In this document: one piece after another, positions 12,251-25,163 of the stretch
How positions within the stretch are numbered: the stretch's first letter is position 1
Layout: each line of letters starts with the position of its first letter
Source of the DNA: Octopus vulgaris
Lineage: Eukaryota
Direction of reading: 5' to 3'
Length of the DNA: 64,000 nt
Assembly: GCA_951406725.2 (NCBI GenBank)
Contig: OX597820.1
Location: 106,330,001-106,394,000 of the forward strand
Program-made: the position numbers and the translations under genes
Notes under the pieces: generated by a model
Told to the model about the DNA's origin: nothing
The model's database searches: none
The model's input: only the letters and a program-made list of their open reading frames with translations

Positions 12251-13894
12251 GCCAGCCCTAAATGAAAATTAATTGATCTTAATCAGTTGTACATCAATGG
12301 ATCTCATTAGTATAAAGTGCTTTGAGTACTTTACTTAAGATAAATTTTATTTTTGTTGTACCTTTTTCCCTATTTTTCTACTCGTGCCATGATTACTTAA
12401 ATTCTTATCGACTGTATCCCCCACTGTAAAAACTCCCTTAAAACACACCCTGCCATCATAAAATGATGAAGGATCCGTATAGTTTTAATTACCCATAAAA
12501 GACAAGCTGATCATAGCTGGAATGTTCCTTATGTTTGCACACGAAGGGTTGACCTGGAACTAAACAACAGCATTCAAGCACTTAAAAATCATTTCTTGTT
12601 ACCTTGCCACCTCAACTAATTATGATTAACACTTAGGATATGAAAATTTTTTTTTGTTGATGATTAAAGAATGTCCTACCTTTTTTTTTATTATTGCTTT
12701 CTTCAAGATGTTTGTGTTTATGTCTGGAAATAAAAAGGGTTTATTCAAATGCATATCATCAGTTTTGGATGTATGTTTAACTTATAGCTTACTAGCTTAA
12801 AAGCTAGCTCCTGTGGAGGGCTCTTTATTAGGCTTTAGGACCAACAATGACACTTCATGCATTGAGTACATATTAAATGTTATTAAACTTGACCAATATT
12901 TTTTAAGCAATGGACAATTTTCATCAAAACAATGATTTTTAAGCAATGGACAACTTTCATCAAAACAATGATACAATTTGTCAACTTGGAACTTATTGCA
13001 AAGCTGCATGATAAACAACATTTTTTGTCTTCCTGTTCAGGGGGGGGGGGGGGGCAGTACAATTTATTTTCTGTCTAACCTCTTTCTCTCTCTCTCTCTC
13101 TGTTGATTGTTTTCAACCATCGCCACCACAACTGTCATATACCATTCAGACATCTGACGCCAACAGCAGCAATACCTTTGACTTCACCAACTCCCCTTCC
13201 ACCACCACTGTCTTCCACATCTCTTACTATCACCGGCATCCCTGACCACCTTGGCTACCAACACCTCCACCTCTATCACAACTACAGCTCATACTATTAC
13301 TATCACCCCATTACCATCACAACCATCAATTTACTTCTGCCCTCGCTGTCTCTATGCCTACTATTACTCTCACCCCAGCAGGTGGAATATTATAAGTGTC
13401 ATTGACTAGTGAGAGAGGGGGGTCAAAGTGTGACACACTGACACACAGAAAGTCGTTTTGGCATTTATGATTATTATATGTGTGTGTGTGCGCACACACA
13501 TTTGTATACTGAGGTCTTTCAACATCTTTTTGATCAAAACTGAAAGTTTAAAGAGCAGATTGACTTACTAATTAAGTATCCCTAGCATTCTGATTAATAA
13601 ACAACTAAATAAAAATGAATCTTGTATAACCAGAATTTCTTGAATCCCCATTTTTGTCTGCTGTTTAACCCCTTGTCTTCACTTTTTCTTTTCTTGCTGA
13701 TGAAATAGAAGCAAGAATTTGGAAACCATTAATATTTTGTTGGTAGCCCAATGTTTATAATGAATTTCATATAATCTAATTCGGCCACATTTAGGAATGT
13801 AGTTAAATTTGTAGTGAAAATGAAATTATAACTATTTAAGAAATAAAAGTGTAAACTAACCTATTAATGGCTGTGTGGGTCTGTCTGTCTGTCA

Positions 13895-14160
13895 TATTTG
13901 TGGTTAGAGTTTTGCACTCATGATCGCAAGATCGTGGTTTCAATCCCCAGACCTGCAGTGTGTTGTGTTATTAAGCAACATTTCATTTCACATTACCTCA
14001 GTCCACTCAGCTGTAAAGAGGAAACCCTGCAACAAACAGGTGTTCTGTTGCAGGGAAGAAGTTGGCCTGTCCTCCTAGAAAGCATCATTCAAGAGCTAGA
14101 ACACTGCAAGGAAGTGCATTGTGACCAGTGGTGTATAACATCCGATACAATGATATAGTA
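13895..14160 (+). mobile_element. Diverged tRNA-derived SINE (family C)
   Basis: Head GTGGTTAGAG...GGTTTCAATCCC; 3' part (GCATTGTGACCAG) homologous to the minus-strand fragment at 46612-46731. Confidence 0.55.
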
Positions 14161-14699
14161 TTATATTATCAACAAGAGTGCATAGTGTCGTGTTTACAAT
14201 AAATATCAGTCTAGCTCTCTCAAATGTCTATTATGATTATATATTGTGGTTCACTAATGTCATCCAAACAGCACATTGAATTGTAGTCACTTTGACTATG
14301 TGCAAACATGCAGAACGCATACAACGTCACATTAACATAACACCATCACAGACAGAATAGATATACTGTGTGCTGATGGTAACTGGCTACGTTTACATAA
14401 TAGGATATAAATCAAGTTTCGAAAATACTGCAAATATATAATACTACTAAAACTACAAAGGCGAAATCATGTTATTAACTCTTTGTGGTTTCCCTTTGTG
14501 ATTCTGCCGTACCTCCCTGGTTGATATTGTACCGCACATTAAGTTATTGTGAGGGTTATCATGGTTAATGTTGGTAGTATGGGAGGAGTTAGGTATTAAA
14601 TATAAGCAGGAGTTGGGGTTGGAGAAATTGATGTTGATCAGTTAGAAACATTACTACTGACCAGCACATGATCAAGTGGTGGCTCTACAGATGGAACTT

Positions 14700-17600
14700 T
14701 GTGACGACAGTCCATTTATAATATTATCATGATTAAGAGATGGGCTTTAAGGAATGATATTTATCCAGGCTGTGTTTCTGACAGCATCAATCAATCAGGT
14801 TACTTGCATCTGTGGAAATTTTTTACATTGTTCGTGTAATGAACCATTTGTCCAATCCCATAAAAAAGAATTTACTGTTACTCTTGCCTGCCAAATAATT
14901 ACTCAAAGAGCATTGACTTGCATCCACCAGATGGTTGGAGAGATTATTTAGCAAATACAAAAATTTTCCATTGATTATTCGCACAGGTCTTTTTGGTGCA
15001 CCATTAGATTTCGGGCTATAGGTAGGATACCTGCTATAAATCAGTTTAACTAAACCTTTAATTGAAAGATATTAATGACATTGTAGAAGCAGTGGCCATG
15101 CTTGGAGCAGACATGACTCTGTCGTTAAGAAGTTTACTTCCCGACCGGATTGACAATTGAGTGGATTTGGTTGATGGAAACTGAAAGAAGCCCATCGTGT
15201 ATATATGTATGTGTCTCCTCATCATGGGATTGCATGATTATTGTAAATGAGTGTCACTGTCACACAAGCAGTGTCCACTGCTTCCAATCTTCTGTGAAAA
15301 AATGTCTGGTCATGGGGAAATATTACCTTGCTTAGAAGCAGGTGAGTGTTGGCAACAGGAAGAGAATCCAGGCGTAGAAAACCTGCCTCAACAGATTCCG
15401 TCAGACCAACACGAGCATGGAAAAGTTGGCATTAAAATTATGATGATGATGATGGGAATTCCAGTTCTGTGTCCCTTACGTCTCTTCGGCTGCTACCTGA
15501 ACATAAAAAGGATATTCCATCTAAGTGACTAAGTCAATAATAACTCATTCCTAGCATTTTTTACATATCTCCAGTCTTTATGTAATTGTTCCAAGTGTGA
15601 GTCAAATTATTTATCAGAACAATAGGACATTTGAATCTGATTTTAGCATATATGTCCCTAGATATGACAAATTCTTAGGAATAAATTGCCTGTTTTTTGT
15701 TTAAGGTAAAATCAGATCAGATGGCTGTCTGGTTAAAAGAGTCTTTCCCAGGTATGCAATTCTTTAAACAAATATCAAAGGTGCATGTGTTAAAAAAATT
15801 TAAACATCATCAACCACGTTAGCACCAGCAAAAGTAAATTAATCATCATCTATGCCAGAGTGTAATGACTATTTAAAGAACACAGCAACAGACGGATCTG
15901 AACCAAATATTGGTATTCTGAGAGTGTTAAAGTGGCCATTTTGCTTTACCAGGCACAAATCGTTTAGAAATTATAGTGTGATAATATAAAGGTCCATTTG
16001 GTAATCTACTGCGAGGCTCGCTGGCAATATGAAAATCCTTTCAAAATATATAAAGAATAACTTTCAGTGGCTGATGATCAGTTTCCAGTGTGAAAGATTT
16101 CCTTAATAGAATATGTATCAATCTTTCAACGTACAATATCATTGCATATACTTCATATTCAATATTGCCACAATCATAAACCACGGGCTTTCCATTTGCA
16201 AGATGATATTCATGCTACCATATTGAAAAGCATTGAAAGTAAGAAATGTCTTACACACGTTAGAAAATATTGTCATAACAGAGTATTCAGTAAAAGATTT
16301 CAGTGGTCTTGAAGGCCTGTTCTTGGTATGTTTCCTTTTCTCTTTCGTTGCAATAAGAGGTTTTTTGCAAATTTTCGTATAAGCCAGCAATAATAGTTTT
16401 TGCACCTGAGATATTTTTTCAATTTCTTCTTTCAAAGATTTTAAGATGTGTTAATCCCATCTTTTGAAATATTCAGTTCTTTTGGCTTTTATGAAATATG
16501 CACAATTATTGCATTTGTTTGTATTAATCCTTTCAGTTTATGAATGAATGCATTTTCTCGACTTTTCGGATTTTACTCCTGGATTGTTGTTAAACTTGTC
16601 AGCTTGGTGGATAATTATGCCAATAAGTCTGGTACTTATTTTATCAGTTTCTTTTACTGAGCCTCTAAGTGATGGAGATGTAAACAGTCCAACTCCAGTT
16701 GTCAAGCAATGGTGGCGGGCAAAACACACACACACATATGACGGGCTTCTTCATAGTTTCCTTCCACCAAATTTACGCACAAGGCGTTGGTTGGCCCTGG
16801 GCTATAATAGAAGATGCTATCCCCAATGTGCCGCGCAGTGGGGCTGAACCAGAAACCAGCTGGGTGCAAAGCGAGCTCCTCTTGATTAAATAAAGATCAT
16901 AGATTATATGTATTACAGGGTCCCTATCTAAACCAATCTGCAAGTATACACTTTAAGTCAAATGAAGAAGAAAAAAAGACTTTCCTCTTTGTACATAGTG
17001 AATATTGTTGCAAGATGAGGAGCTGATTCTTGTCATTGAAAAGTACTTTGTAATTGGCGCAGATTCTTCATTTACCTTCTTTTTACCTGCACGCAAATAA
17101 TCGGTAACGTTGCCCCATTTTTATAGTCACAGTTATATTTGTGTAGGTGTGTGCGTACTGAAACTGACCAAATAAACATATTTAACTTTATTTTGTGCTG
17201 AAATTTTTGCGATGTGTATCAGTAGTAAATAATGGAAACAGTATCATGGCGCCAGGTGTTTGTTCACTGAACATTCCAAAATTAAAAGGACTATTAATTA
17301 CAACAAAGCTGTCATATTTGTCTCCAAAATTGGACAAAACTGTTGCAGTGCCAACTCCTTCTACATGTCACTAGCTTTGGTGATTAATAACTTTATTAAC
17401 AACAAAGTTACATTATGGGTCGTGCATGGTGTGTCAGTATCTGATTACGTTTGAACTGGATTTCCGATTTACAGTTAACCAGATGTGATGATTTCTTACA
17501 CAACATGCAGCCTTTTCATCAGAGTCTTCAAAGCACTTATGTTAACATTGACGTTATGGATGGACTTGGTAAGAGAATACTAACAGTAGTTTTGACTTGC

Positions 17601-17950
17601 AGAAATGTCCAAATTTACCGCATTGGCAGTATTTCTTCTCATATGCAGAACAGGACCTACAAGAATCTGATGATCCACAATTCGTTGCACTTTTTTAAAT
17701 CATGGCTTTGCTCTGTTACTTGTTTGCTAAATTTCTGTTTATGAGAGTCCTTGCTAGTAAGGTAGCATTAAATTCTTCTATATTAGAAGTTGGCTGTATT
17801 ACAGAACGAATGCTTGCTCTGATAGTACCATTGCAACATGGTTATAATTAGGTCCAAGATGGATTTGAGAATTTTTGTTTTATTCTGAACACAAATGAAT
17901 CAATTCATAAAAAACCCTCTATTTCAGGGTCATCTTTGATTGCTGAAAAT
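14700..17950 (-). mobile_element. Heavily decayed Gypsy-type LTR retrotransposon remnant (extent uncertain)
   Basis: Minus strand at about 16055-16110 reads LLRKSFTLETDHQPLKVI, followed by WTFILSHYNF and VPGK, the Ty3/Gypsy RNase H signature; many stops and frameshifts. Confidence 0.5.
16620..16880 (-). mobile_element. Diverged SINE family A copy
   Basis: Homology to 1414-1843. Confidence 0.65.
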
Positions 17951-19034
17951 TTACATAAAAAAGCTTCCACATTGAAGATGTTTCTTGCTTCACTAGGTCA
18001 GGCTTAGTGTCATCTATAAGCAGCTTTTCGTTAAACTCCAGCTTAGTATTCAATAGATGCTATTTCAGTGTTGTTGGGTGATTATTATAGTGATAAGTTC
18101 TTGTTGCCAACTACTATATTTACCATAATTATAAATCACAACTAAAAGTAAGTTCAAAACTTCAGTCATCTCTTATAACTGTATACCGCAATTCACTAAT
18201 GTTCTCCAAGCGAGATACAATAAAAACTGTTCCTAACATCATACTAGTAGTCACCTTAAATAGTCCTGATCAGGTAGTGGCATGCAACACCATAACGACA
18301 TTAGCATAACAATGATGTATCACAGACTGGGTAGGTAGTTAGTGTGCAGTTGTTAACAGGATATATTTACAAATTAATAATAGAATAGACAACAAAGCAA
18401 ACATCTAGAAAACTAAAACAACGCAGTTATTTTTTAATACAAAATCTAAATTTTAATTCACCACTTCTGAATTTAACCGCAGCCTTCTTATGTCTTAAGT
18501 TTGGATTAGGCATCTGTTTTTAGTTTTCTCTATATGACAATACACGTTATAATCAATAATCTATAAGTTTTGACCATTAGGCTCTGAAAGATAGAAAACA
18601 TGCTTTCAGAGACAACAGTATATTGGAAATATTAGCATTTTCTATTGAACAATCCAGCCACCTTTTCATTTTTAAATTGTCTTGGTGGTCTGTTCTTTTA
18701 TTTTTTGATTCATTGTGTCAAATTGGATATTTATCTATTGCATTTCATTCAGACTGACATGGTTAATAATGAAGTGTATAGAAAGAATGCTTAAAAATAG
18801 CCACTTGTATTATATTGTATGATATAATTATGTGTATGTAGTTCATTAGGAAGTGACAAGGACACACCCTAAGCTTGTATATACTCATACAATTCATATA
18901 TACATGCAGACACACACAGATATATGTACATAAGCGCATGGGCGCACATACACATACACACATATAGTTGAAATTTACGAAAAGACAAATTTAGAAAAAT
19001 TAAAATAAAAGTTTTTTTAAAAGAATATTTGTAT

Positions 19035-19253
19035 AGTGTGGCTGTTGCTAGCTTCCCCTGGTACCTGTGCCGGTGGCATGTAATATGCACCTACTACACT
19101 CACGGAGTGGTTGGCGTTAGGAAGGGCATCAAGCTGTAGAAACATTGCCAGATCAGACTGGAGCCTGATGCAGCCTCCTGGCTTCCCAGACCCCGTTCAA
19201 ACCATCCAACCCGTGCTAGCATGGAAAACGGACGTTAAACGATGATGATGATG
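19035..19253 (+). mobile_element. Short RTE 3' tail (or RTE-tailed SINE)
   Basis: GTGCCGGTGGCA...GGCGTTAGGAAGGGCATC...GGACGTTAAAC(GAT)n followed by (TA)n. Confidence 0.8.
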
Positions 19254-19274
19254 AATATATATATATATATATAA

Positions 19275-20414
19275 GCCAGTATGCTCCGATGGATGTGTAA
19301 TGTCAGTGTACTTACTCGACAGAGCGTTAGTACCTTGAGAGAAATGTTGTATCTAAGAAGCATCAGTTGTTGTGTGCAAGAGAGACGATTGCGCTGGTAT
19401 GGTCATGTGGCGAGAATGGATGAAGAGAGGTGTGTGAGAAAGTGCCAATCCCTAGCAGTTGAGGGAACCCGTGGAAGAGGTAGACCCAGGAAAACCTGGG
19501 ACGAGGTGGTGAAGCACGACCTTCGGACGTTAGGTCTCACCATGGAAATGACTAGAGACCGAGACCTATGGAAGTATGCTGTGCGTGAGAAGACCCGGCA
19601 AGACTAGTGAAGCCATAATCCGTGGCCCCTACCTGGGACGTAGTCAGTCCACCTGTGCATACCTTCCTTCTTGTGACACTTGTGAAGACCTGTTGAGGCA
19701 AGTGAGAATCGAATCGTATCAAATCAAATCGAACCAAATCAAAATAGATGAACATCAATGGAATTTGTATCCTTGTGGTACCAGTGCCGGTGGCACATAA
19801 GAAAACCATCCGAACGTGACCGTAGCCAGTACCGCAATGACTGGCCTCCGTGCTGAGGGCACGTAACAAACACCATCCGAGCGTGGCCGTCCGCCAGCCT
19901 CGTCTAGCACCTGTGTCGGTGACACATAAGAAAACACCATCCGAGCGTGGCCGTCTGCCAGCCTCGTCTGGCACCTGTGTCGGTGGCACATAAAAAACAC
20001 CATCCGAGCGTGGCCGTCTGCCAGCCTCGTCTGGCACCTGTGTCGGTGGCACATAAAAAACACCATCCGAGCGTGGCCGTCTGCCAGCCTCGTCTGGCAC
20101 CTGTGTCGGTGGCACATAAAAAACACCATCCGAGCGTGGCCGTCTGCCAGCCTCGTCTGGCACCTGTGTCGGTGGCACATAAAAAACACCATCCGAGCGT
20201 GGCCGTCTGCCAGCCTCGTCTGGCACCTGTGTCGGTGGCACATAAAATCACCCACTACACTCTCGGAGTGGTTGGCGTTAGGAAGGGCATCCAGCTGTAG
20301 AAACACTGCCACATCTGACTGGCCTGGTGCAGCCTTCGGGCTTCCCAGACCCCAGTTGAACCGTCCAACCCATGCTAGCATGGAAAGCGGACGTTAAACG
20401 ATGATGATGATGAT
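19275..20414 (+). mobile_element. 5'-truncated RTE LINE (ORF C-terminus plus 3' UTR)
   Basis: ORF 19281-19607 MLRWMC...RRLRWYGHVARM...RGRGRPRKTW; 3' UTR ends in (GAT)n. Confidence 0.9.
19868..20246 (+). repeat. 63-bp tandem array (6 units) in the RTE 3' UTR
   Basis: Unit AAACACCATCCGAGCGTGGCCGTCTGCCAGCCTCGTCTGGCACCTGTGTCGGTGGCACATAAA; units 2-6 identical; no spacers. Confidence 0.95.
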
Positions 20415-20424
20415 ATGTATATAT

Positions 20425-22208
20425 ATTCACTACACCTCTAGGACACAGACAAGTAAACAACCCAGAAGAATTCTTTGCCACTTTACCTGTGGCCAAAGAG
20501 GCAAAAATTGAGTACATCAACATTGAAGATGATGATATCACACTAGCCATAGATGAGATTGACACAAACTCAGCTGCTGGACCTGATGGATTTCCAGCGA
20601 TCCTTCTCAAATTGTGCAAACGAGCCCTTGCAAAACCGCTACAGCTTCTTTTTCAGAGCTTTCTTGCAAGTGGTATGCTCCCAGTCAAACTGAAAGAGGG
20701 GGTAATATGCCCTATCCATAAGGGAGGAAGCAGAGCAGATGCTAAAAATTATAGGCCTATCTCTCTGACCTCACACATCAGCAAAGTCATAGAACGAATA
20801 GTCCGCAAGAAACTAATCATGTTCCTTGAAGAAAATGACTTGCTGACTTACACCCAGCATGAATTTCGACCAGGTAGAGGCTGCCTAACACAGCTCCTGC
20901 AACACTATGACTGGGTGTTAAAACAGCTACCAAATAGCTCAAATGTGGATGTGATATATCTCGACTTTGCAAAAGCCTTTGATAAAGTCAACCATGGTAT
21001 GATTTGTCACAAACTGCGTGGTCTCGGCATAGGCGGAAAACTTGGAGAGTGGCTGCACAACTTCCTAAAAGATAGAAGGCAGGCAGTTGTGGCCAATGGA
21101 GCCACCTCCAAGGAAATACAAATAACAAGCGGTGTTCCACAGGGCACTGTCTTGGGGCCACTGCTGTTCATAGTGACCCTTTCAGATATGCCCTCAGTTG
21201 CTAAGATGGCCACCCTTGCTAGCTATGCAGATGACAGAAAAGTCTCCCACACAATACAAAACCCTGGAAATATTGCACATCTGCAACAGAAGTTGGATAC
21301 AATATACAGGTGGGCTGAGGACAGCAACATGCAGTTTAATGCAGGGAAGTTCCAGGCCCTGCACTACCGGCACACAAAGGTAAACGACATGCAGACTGGA
21401 TACACTGGCCTGGGAAGAATTGTAATTCCTGAGTCAAAATCAGTGCGTGACCTGGGCATTGATATGAGCAATGATGCATCTTTCCAAGTGCATATTACTA
21501 ATTTGGTGATAAAATGCAGACGGCTAACTGGATGAATTCTCTGAACTTTCAGAACAAGAGAGAAGGAGACACTGATGGTCCTTTGGAAAACTTTCGTCCT
21601 CAGCCGCTTAGACTACTGCTCCCAACTATGGTTACCACACAATATAAAGCTAACAGCAGAACTTGAAGCAATTCAAAGAAGCTACACTAAGAAGATCGTC
21701 TCAATGCAACATATCAGCTACTGGGAAAGACTGAAAGTATTAAAACTCTTCTCCCTAGAGCGAAGGCGGGAGAGATATGCAGTGATATACATCTGGAAAA
21801 TCCTGGAGGGTCTTGTCCCAAACTTTGGCATTCAAAGTTACTCCAACCGCAGAACAGGGCGCCACTGCATGGTGCCAAAGATTCCAACATCACCATCAAA
21901 ATACAGGACCAGATACTGCAACAGCTTGGGTTTCAGAGGACCACAGCTCTTCAACATCCTCCCTAAATGCCTGAGAAACTTGCATGGTGTGGATGTGGGT
22001 TTCTTTAAAACTAAACTGGATCTCTTCTTGTCAGGGATCCCAGATGAACCTACCTCTCGGCAGGAGACACAGATGCGGGCAGCAGCATTGAACTCCCTTG
22101 TTGACCAAGTGCCACATATCAGAGGTGGATTCACATACTAGTGTAGCTCATTCAGCAGTGGTGCCCCACCATGGCCGCAGCCTTCGGGCTGAAACATTTT
22201 TAAGGATT
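20425..22208 (+). mobile_element. 5'-truncated, inactivated CR1-like LINE (RT and C-terminus)
   Basis: ORF 20489-21535 with NYRPISLTS, YLDFAKAFDKV, GVPQGTVLGPLLF and YADD; two in-frame TGA stops near 21535, then continues in 21575-22141; no endonuclease domain. Confidence 0.92.
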
Positions 22209-22266
22209 TATATACAATATATATATATATATATACTATATATATATATATATATACACTTTCAGA

Positions 22267-22404
22267 GGGTTAGGAAGAGCATCCAGCTGTAGAAACTCTG
22301 CCAGATCAAGATTGCAGCCATCTGGTTCGCCAGTCCTCAGTCAAATCGTCCAACCCATGCTAGCATGGAAAGTGGACGTTAAACGGTGATGATGATGATG
22401 ATGA
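22267..22404 (+). mobile_element. Short RTE 3' tail
   Basis: TTAGGAAGAGCATCCAGCTGTAGAAAC...GGACGTTAAAC(GAT)n. Confidence 0.75.
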
Positions 22405-22479
22405 TACAATATATGATAAAAACAATTTATCTAAATCACAAAAAGTAGATAATAATAAACAGTATATAATAAGTAAAAA

Positions 22480-22579
22480 GACTACGTACGTTTCGTGGCT
22501 ATAACTTCAATTCGAATTAAATTTAAATTTAATGGATCCAAAAACAATTCAATTTAAAAGTATAGTCACTCCTCAGGTC
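22480..22579 (-). ncRNA. Type I hammerhead ribozyme motif (duplicate at 36398-36497)
   Basis: Minus strand GAC-CTGAGGA-GTGACTATA...TATAGCCAC-GAAAC-GTAC-GTA-GTC: intact core, 9-bp stem II with one mismatch, palindromic stem III, GUA cleavage triplet. Confidence 0.75.
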
Positions 22580-23624
22580 AATAATAATAACAATAATTTT
22601 TAAATAAATACATATTTTTGATAAATAATCAATAATCAAACAGAATTAAACAATATTTCTTAAAGAAATAAAAACATGATTCTTCTTAACTAAATTTAAA
22701 ACTTAAAAGAAGGACCAGGTGTTTATAATACATTTATCATGTTAAAAACCTATGGTAAAAAAAATAGAGTAAATAGATAGAAATATGTATTTTATCTGTG
22801 AAGATATATTTTAGCTTTGAGAATAATCTAAACAAACTATAGTATATGTTTACTGGAAAAATATAAGAGTCAAAATAATTAAAATTTAAAAAATACTTAA
22901 AATACATCATATACTTAAGTTAAACTAAATTACTATAATTTAATCTATATTTATTAATTAATTAAATAAATTGTGTATTAATTTGATCCGATACTATGTA
23001 CTAAACTCTATACAAAACATGTCTCGACTAAAAATATATCTAATATCAACAATGTTGCAGCCACAATCCTGCAATAGTATTTTGTATATATTTCAACAAT
23101 ATGCTCACAAATAATTTAAACTTATTACATAAATTAACTAATTTATGTCTAGAACTAATATTTCACTCATTGATAAAATAAACAAAGTACTTATTATAAT
23201 TATTAAATTCAATAGTATATAAAGAAAAAAAGCTTTTCACTACCTATATTATAATATTTTACGTTATAAACTATTACACAAACAACCACAAATAATACTT
23301 TTAGATTTTAGTTCACATATAATAATTATAATAATAAGAATAATTAAATAAAAATACGTATTTTAACTTATAATTATAATTAACAATTAAAAAAAAATTA
23401 GAAATACATTTTTTTAATCAATTATCATATAAATTTCACCATTATTTCTTAAATAAAACATATACTTATTTTTTTGAAGATATTTTATGAACTGAAAAAT
23501 ATTTTAAATGAAAAACATAGAACTTAGTTTTTATATGTCTAGATCTAATATTTTGCTTATTAAGGAAAATACTTATTATTATTATTATTATTATTAAATT
23601 CAATAGTACAAAAAAAATAATAAC

Positions 23625-25163
23625 TTTTCAGAGCTTCATTGCAACTGGCAAACTTCCAAGAAAACTGAAGGAAGGTAAAATATGCCCTATTCATAAAGGA
23701 GGTAGCAGAGCGGAGGCCAAGAACTACAGACCTATCTCTCTGACCTCACACATAGCAAGGTCATGGAACGAATAGTCAGAAGGAAACTAATCGCCTTCCT
23801 TGAAGAAAATAGCTTGCTGCCTGACACCCAACATGGTTTCCGACCAAGAAGAAGCTGCCTAACTCAGCTCCTACAACACTATGACTGGGTGCTGAAACGG
23901 CTGCTCAACCATTCAAATGTGGAAGTGATATATCTCGACTTTGCAAAGGCCTTTGATAAAGTCGATCATGGAATGATATGTCACAAGCTGCGTGATCTTG
24001 GCATAGTTGGAAAATGGGAGAATGGCTTCATGACTTTCTGAAGGATAGAAGTCAGGTGGTAGTAGCCAATGGGGCCACCTCCAATGACACGCAAATAGTG
24101 AGCGGTGTTTTGCAAGGCACTGTTTTGGGACCACTACTGTTCATAATGGCTCTCTCAGACATGCCCTCAGTGACGCAGAGAGCCACAATCACAAGTTATG
24201 CAGATGATACAAAAGTTTCACAGGCAGTACAGAACCCTGAAGACACTATGCACCTGCAATGTGAGCTGGACAAAATATACAAGTGGGCTGAAAAAAATAG
24301 CATGCAGTTCAATGCTGAAAAGTTTCAAGCTTTGTGCTATCAGCATGCAAAACTAAATGCAATAACCAATAAATACACTGGACCTGGAGGGATTGCAATC
24401 CCAGAGGCACAATCAGTGCGAGACCTGGGCATTTACATGAGTAATGATGCAACCTTTCATGTGCATGCTGCTAAATTGGCAATGAAATGTAGGCGGCTGA
24501 CCGGATGGATTCTTAGAGCTTTTAGAACAAGAGACCAGGAAACCATGATGGTCCTAAGCCACTTTGACTATTGCTCTCAGCTATGGTCACCAACCAGTGT
24601 CAAATTAATCTCAGAACTTGAGGCAATCCAATGAAGCCACATGAAGAAGATAGCCTCTATGCAGCATATAAGCTGCTGGGAAAGACTCAAGAGATTAAGA
24701 CTATTCCTTAGAGCGTAGGCGAGAAAGATATGCCATAATATACATCTGGAAGATCCTGGAAGGACTTGTCCCAAACTTTGGCATCGAGAGTTACACAAAT
24801 ACTAGAACTGGGCACCACTGCATAGTGCCAAGGACTACAAAATTTGCCATCAAGATGTAGGACAAGATACTGCAATAGCCTGGGCTTCAGAGGTCCACAG
24901 CTCTTCAATATCCTCCAAAAGGACCTGCATGGGGTGGATGTAGGTGTCTTCAAACTAAAGCTGGACCTCTTCCTCTCAGGTGTCCCAGATGAACCAACTT
25001 CGCAGCAGGAGATGCAGTTGAGGGCAGCTGCTTCAGGCTCTTCCATGCACCAAATGTCAATTGCTAAAAAGCATTCGTGAAGTAAAATCATGTAGCAACA
25101 CCAAATGGCGGTGCCCCAGCATGGCCACAGCTCGTGAGCTAAAACTAGAAACTAGAACTAGAA
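23625..25163 (+). mobile_element. Second 5'-truncated, frameshifted CR1-like LINE (different subfamily)
   Basis: QHGFRP, YLDFAKAFDKVDH, QGTVLGPLLF and YADD split over several frames; tail of (ACTAGA)n-like repeats. Confidence 0.92.

Noticed and set aside
12901-12972. 36-bp tandem duplication
   Set aside because: Ordinary local slippage
16071-16077. CTGATGA hammerhead cores here and near 51100
   Set aside because: No stem II/GAAA/stem III arrangement around them
19868-20246. CRISPR-like array next to a reverse transcriptase ORF
   Set aside because: Units are contiguous with no unique spacers and there are no cas genes; the array belongs to an RTE 3' UTR and the RT is a separate truncated CR1-like insertion
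19552-20381. Repeat-peptide ORFs (MCHRHRC..., [10 protein letters not shown]...)
   Set aside because: Open frames through a 63-bp (multiple of 3) non-coding repeat
20489-22141. Functional or domesticated RT gene, or stop readthrough
   Set aside because: 5'-truncated with no endonuclease, two TGA stops consistent with TGG/CGA decay and no splice signals; identity with copy B reflects the duplication
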